DNA of 64,000 nt from assembly GCA_945900735.1 (NCBI GenBank), contig CAMDJX010000002.1, forward strand, positions 964 through 64,963, read 5' to 3'. Origin of the DNA: Acidimicrobium ferrooxidans DSM 10331 (GTDB lineage Bacteria; Actinomycetota; Acidimicrobiia; Acidimicrobiales; Ilumatobacteraceae). Below the pieces are notes generated by a model, which ran no database searches, had not been told where the DNA came from, and saw only the letters and a program-made list of their open reading frames with translations. Both the position numbers and the translations under genes were made by a program. Shown in pieces: positions 60,191-64,000 of this stretch; the stretch's first letter is position 1, and each line of letters starts with the position of its first letter.

Positions 60191-60213
60191 ACTTGTATCT
60201 GACTTGTACACAA
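60191..60213. promoter_or_regulatory. Second copy of putative GntR operator ACTTGTA-N4-ACTTGTACACAA
   Basis: Lies 36-58 nt upstream of the icd start and matches the gntR/aconitase site at 18 of 19 defined positions with the same spacing. Confidence 0.72.
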
Positions 60214-60270
60214 TACCCCAACAGCGCGCTGGCTGAGGCCCGAAAGGCCCCGCGCCCCTACTCTCTCCCT

Positions 60271-61386
60271 ATGGATTTTGCGTGGTCTGCCGATCATTTG
60301 GCTTTGAGGGCGCGCGCTCGAGATGTAGCCCGCGTGGCAGTCGAAAAGTATGGACGCTTTAACGACACGTGGATGAATGGATACAGCAAGGAGTTTTCCG
60401 AGGAACTCGCGATGCACGGTTGGATCGGGATGACGTGGCCAACCGAATTTGGTGGCGGAGGCCGCCCACCGATCGAGCGACTTATCGTTGCCGAAGAAAT
60501 GATTGCCGCCGGCGCACCGATTGCCGCCTCTTGGTTTGCCGACCGCCAGATGGGGCCTGCACTCATTGCGTACGGAACGAAAGAGCAGCAAGAGGAGTTT
60601 TTGCCAAACATGCTTGCCGGCAAGACCACGTGGTGCATCGGCATGAGCGAACCCAATGCGGGCAGCGATTTGGCATCGCTCAAAACATTTGCCGCCGATG
60701 ACGGCGACGAATGGGTGATCAACGGACAAAAAATTTGGACGAGCTTCGGCGAAGTCGCCGATTACTGCTATCTCATCTGTCGAACCAGCAACGACGGCCC
60801 TCCTCATGCAGGCATAAGCGAAATCATCGTTCCCATGAACACGCCAGGCATCGACGTTCGCCCTATTCAAGACATGACCACCAATCGTCACTTCTGTGAA
60901 GTTTTCTATACCGATGTGCGGGTGCCAAAAGCCAATCTTGTAGGCAAGCAAGGTGGCGCGTTTGCGCAAACCATGCGCCAACTTGAACACGAACGTGGCG
61001 GAATTGATCGACTGGTATCGAACAAGGCGTTGTACGACATGGCGGTGCTGCAAGCCGATACGTCCAATCCATTGGTACGACAAGAAATTGCTCGCATCGA
61101 AATTGGTTACCGAGTGGGAAGAATTTTGGTTATTCGTGAAGTGCTGAAGCAGGCGCCGGCCGGGTTCTCTGCGGCAACAAAATGCTTCTGCACAGAATTA
61201 GAGGCCAGAATTTCGGACTTCGTGTTTACCACCCTTGGTATGCAGGCAACGCTGTGGGATGACGTGACCCAGGGCCTCGCGTATGCGCCCGGTTACACCA
61301 TCATGGGCGGAACCTCAAACGTGATGCGCAACATCATTGGCGAACGAGTACTTGGTCTTCCCAAGGAGCCCCAGCCAAGAAACTAA
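60271..61386 (+). CDS. Acyl-CoA dehydrogenase family
   Basis: GMSEPNAGSDLASL, INGQKIWTS and TIMGGTSNVMRNII motifs; ATG 6 nt after TACTCT. Confidence 0.92.
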   Translation: MDFAWSADHLALRARARDVARVAVEKYGRFNDTWMNGYSKEFSEELAMHGWIGMTWPTEFGGGGRPPIERLIVAEEMIAAGAPIAASWFADRQMGPALIAYGTKEQQEEFLPNMLAGKTTWCIGMSEPNAGSDLASLKTFAADDGDEWVINGQKIWTSFGEVADYCYLICRTSNDGPPHAGISEIIVPMNTPGIDVRPIQDMTTNRHFCEVFYTDVRVPKANLVGKQGGAFAQTMRQLEHERGGIDRLVSNKALYDMAVLQADTSNPLVRQEIARIEIGYRVGRILVIREVLKQAPAGFSAATKCFCTELEARISDFVFTTLGMQATLWDDVTQGLAYAPGYTIMGGTSNVMRNIIGERVLGLPKEPQPRN

Positions 61387-61395
61387 GGTTGTTGC

Positions 61396-62718
61396 ATGCA
61401 CCCAATCAAACTTTCCACCAAGGTGATTGACAGCGGCATCGTAGATCAGCCACTCAACCGCGTAAACAATGAAATAACTGAACTTGCCGACAACTTGGCA
61501 ATCGTTGAGAGTTTTAGCCACAGCGTGGTGTGGGACACGGGCGATGGACTGATGTGTTTTGATGCCTCCGGCGCTGGCAGCGGCGAAGCAGTTGTGAAAT
61601 CCATTCGGTCGTGGCGAAACGATCCGATCACGAGCCTGGTGTACACACACGGACATGCAGACCACGTTGGTGGCAGTATTGCGTTTGCCAATGACGCGAA
61701 GTTGCGCGGCGCGCCAAACCCGCATGTGATCGGGCACGAAAACGTGACAAAGCGGATGGATCGATACAGCGCTACCAATGATTTAAATCTCCGCATTAAC
61801 CGCCGACAGTTTGGCGGAATCAAATCCGACATGAAGCCAAACTCGGGGAACATGCGCGAAGCGCTTGCGCTGGACGAGGGCGCTCAATACTTCATTCCAC
61901 CCGCAACTCTGCGCCCCGACCAATCGTTCGTTGATCAACTGACGATCAAGGCTGGCGACACCACCGTTGAGTTTCATCACGCCCGCGGAGAAACCGACGA
62001 TCATCTTTGGGGATGGATACCCGAAAAGAAGTGGATCTTCACCGGAGACTTCGTGATCTGGAATTACCCCAACGCGGGCAACCCGCAAAAAGTTCAGCGC
62101 TATGCGCTCGAATGGGCGCAGGCGCTTCGGCGCATGATTGACCAAGGGCCAGAGCTGCTTCTTCCAGCACACGGCCTGCCAATCGAAGGCAAGCAGCGGA
62201 TCGCAACGGTTCTTGATGACATTGCCACCTCGCTTGAGACATTGGTTTCGCAAGTTATTCAAATGATGAACAATGGCGAGACACTCGACAGCATCATTCA
62301 CTCGGTAAAAGTACCGCAGCACATTCTCGACAAGCCATATATGCGTCCGTTCTACGACGAACCCGAGTTTGTTGTGCGAAATATCTGGCGCCTGTACGGA
62401 GGTTGGTGGGACGGCGCGGCTTCACGCCTAAAGCCCTCGCCCGATGCTGTGTTGGCAACGGAACTCTCACAATTGGCAGGCGGCCCTCAGGTGCTTATCG
62501 AACGCGCGCTCGAACTTGTAGAGACGAACATCCGTCTTGCTTGCCACTTAGCCGACCTCGCAGGTTGGGCTGCTCCAGAAGACCCAGGTATTCACGCGAG
62601 CAGGGCTGCCGTCTACGACCAGCGACGCAAAGGCGAACTTTCACTGATGAGCAAAGGCATTTTCAAGGCGGCCTCACGCGAGTCGGAAGCCGTGGTTAAA
62701 GCAGCCGAAATTAAATAG
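61396..62718 (+). CDS. Alkyl sulfatase-like metallo-beta-lactamase-fold hydrolase with dimerization domain
   Basis: THGHADHVGG, GETDDH, PNAGNPQK, PAHG and YGGWWDG motifs. Confidence 0.85.
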   Translation: MHPIKLSTKVIDSGIVDQPLNRVNNEITELADNLAIVESFSHSVVWDTGDGLMCFDASGAGSGEAVVKSIRSWRNDPITSLVYTHGHADHVGGSIAFANDAKLRGAPNPHVIGHENVTKRMDRYSATNDLNLRINRRQFGGIKSDMKPNSGNMREALALDEGAQYFIPPATLRPDQSFVDQLTIKAGDTTVEFHHARGETDDHLWGWIPEKKWIFTGDFVIWNYPNAGNPQKVQRYALEWAQALRRMIDQGPELLLPAHGLPIEGKQRIATVLDDIATSLETLVSQVIQMMNNGETLDSIIHSVKVPQHILDKPYMRPFYDEPEFVVRNIWRLYGGWWDGAASRLKPSPDAVLATELSQLAGGPQVLIERALELVETNIRLACHLADLAGWAAPEDPGIHASRAAVYDQRRKGELSLMSKGIFKAASRESEAVVKAAEIK

Positions 62719-62791
62719 TGGGCGCGACGGGGCTCGAACCCGGGACCTCCACCATGTCGAGGTGGCGCTCTACCAACTGAGCTACACGCCC
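62719..62791 (-). tRNA. tRNA-Val(GAC)
   Basis: GGGCGTGTAGCTCAGTTGGTAGAGCGCCACC-TCGACAT-GGTGGAGGTCCCGGGTTCGAGCCCCGTCGCGCCCA folds as a cloverleaf; CCA not encoded. Confidence 0.93.
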
Positions 62792-62806
62792 TAAAGCGAT
62801 TTTAGC

Positions 62807-63904
62807 CTACCCCGAGTTTTCGGAAATGCGAAGTCGCAGGCTCACTTCATTAGCCATTAATCGACCAGCCCTCGTGAGCACCCACCGATCGCCGCGAGGA
62901 GCAATGAGCGCTTCCAGCAGTTCTTGATCTTCTGCAGAAAAAGAGTTTGCAGGCACGCCATCACGAACTCGAATGAGAAGTTGAAGGGCTTCGAGCCTTC
63001 GCGTGGAGTCGTCCAACGTTTCACTGGATGACTCCGGAGTTTGGCCTGCGTCGACCATCTCGATGTATCGATCTGGGGTTCGAACATTCCACCAACGACG
63101 ACCATCCATGTGGGCATGCGCTGCGCATCCGAAACCGTCGTAATTACCTTGCAGCCAATACAGATAGTTGTGGACGCACTCGTGGCCAGGTTTGGACCAA
63201 TTGGAGATCTCGTAGTTTTCTAGCCCGTTGTCGTTAAAGAGTTGGTCGACCAACTCATATTTGTCGGCCTGATCGTCGTTGTCTGGATGACGGTCGGTCT
63301 GCGAAGCCAATGGTGTGTTGGCTTCCACAGTTAGACCGTAAGCAGAAACGTGCGGTGGGTCGAGCGCAACCACATCACGAACCGTTGTGCGCCAATCGTC
63401 CAACGACTCGCCTGCTGCGCCATAAATGATGTCGAGGTTGAAGGTAGAGAAGCCCGCCTCTCGGACGTAGGCAACCGAACGCCGAACATTTTCCGGGTCG
63501 TGTGTGCGCCCCAAGGACGCAAGTACATGAGGGACTGTTGATTGCACGCCGATCGAGATTCGATTCACGCCACCTGCCAGGTACTCCCTCATCATCGGCA
63601 AAGTGATGTTGTCGGGATTGCACTCCACTGTCACTTCTGCGCCGTGCGCAAGCGGAATTGTTTTCAATACCGCCATCAACTCCTCGGCAGGAACCATGCT
63701 TGGCGTGCCACCACCCACAAAGACCGATGTCGCAGGTGGCATTCCTTCAACCACTCTTCGAGCAATGTGTTGCGATAGTGATTTCAAATATGTGCTGGTG
63801 AGGTGATGCCTATCGGTGAAGGTGGCAAATGCGCAATAGTCGCACCGCTTTGAACAAAAAGGGATGTGCACATACACGCCGTGTGCGTTAGCAGCGAGTT
63901 GCAT
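62807..63904 (-). CDS. hemW: Radical SAM heme chaperone HemW (HemN-like)
   Basis: YVHIPFCSKRCDYC, GGGTPS, YEISNW and HNYLYW motifs. Start moved to ATG 63904. Confidence 0.9.
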   Translation of the reverse strand: MQLAANAHGVYVHIPFCSKRCDYCAFATFTDRHHLTSTYLKSLSQHIARRVVEGMPPATSVFVGGGTPSMVPAEELMAVLKTIPLAHGAEVTVECNPDNITLPMMREYLAGGVNRISIGVQSTVPHVLASLGRTHDPENVRRSVAYVREAGFSTFNLDIIYGAAGESLDDWRTTVRDVVALDPPHVSAYGLTVEANTPLASQTDRHPDNDDQADKYELVDQLFNDNGLENYEISNWSKPGHECVHNYLYWLQGNYDGFGCAAHAHMDGRRWWNVRTPDRYIEMVDAGQTPESSSETLDDSTRRLEALQLLIRVRDGVPANSFSAEDQELLEALIAPRGDRWVLTRAGRLMANEVSLRLRISENSG

Positions 63905-63908
63905 CGTT

Positions 63909-64000
63909 CTACGTTGTTGGCGGAACGAATAGCAAGTCGAGTTCGGCAAGCTTTGCTCCTACTTCGTCCACGCTGACATCGAGCATGACAGCGATTGCGC
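63909..64000 (-). CDS. 3' end of an unidentified CDS truncated by the window edge
   Basis: Open frame AIAVMLDVSVDEVGAKLAELDLLFVPPTT* ends 4 nt before the hemW start. Confidence 0.55.
   Translation of the reverse strand, partial: AIAVMLDVSVDEVGAKLAELDLLFVPPTT

Noticed and set aside
28573..62791. tRNA-Val genes as island integration sites
   Set aside because: No integrase and no duplicated tRNA 3' end seen; the flanks are core-type genes. The two tRNAs are different isoacceptors, not att repeats.

Overview
Gene-dense chromosomal window from an actinobacterium. MshD, a DUF3499-like protein, a 6C-type RNA and pervasive leaderless promoters point to that phylum. A streamlined Acidimicrobiia/Ilumatobacteraceae-like lineage is my inference and is not proven here. 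From left to right it holds: the 3' end of an arylsulfatase; a GntR-linked methylamine/betaine catabolic cluster (two GcvT-domain flavoproteins, EtfBA, a non-pyrrolysine MttB-family methyltransferase and an enolase-superfamily enzyme); a low-GC secreted orphan gene; housekeeping genes (fdhD, sigma70, dnaG, terC, ppdK, ygfZ-like, trpE, nth, mshD, pepF, rlmN); a polyamine ABC transporter with aminobutyraldehyde dehydrogenase; ald, murF, ddl and gltBD; a TCA block (aconitase, citrate synthase, IDH, GntR, LysR); two tRNA-Val genes; and hemW. I saw no mobile element, integrase or CRISPR array. The most interesting signals are absent from the ORF track: (1) a 6C-like sRNA with a divergent LysR gene and a LysR box at about -66; (2) a second, unrecognised three-hairpin sRNA candidate after nth; (3) a conserved tandem operator shared by the gntR/aconitase and icd promoters; (4) a 58-aa CPxCG zinc-finger microprotein; (5) an RBS-sequestering gltB leader; (6) many TANNNT-N6/7-start leaderless promoters, several built from the upstream gene's stop codon. 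The MttB cluster, which lacks a corrinoid partner in the window, is the best candidate for an undescribed pathway. All functional calls come from motif recognition by eye; no searches were run.
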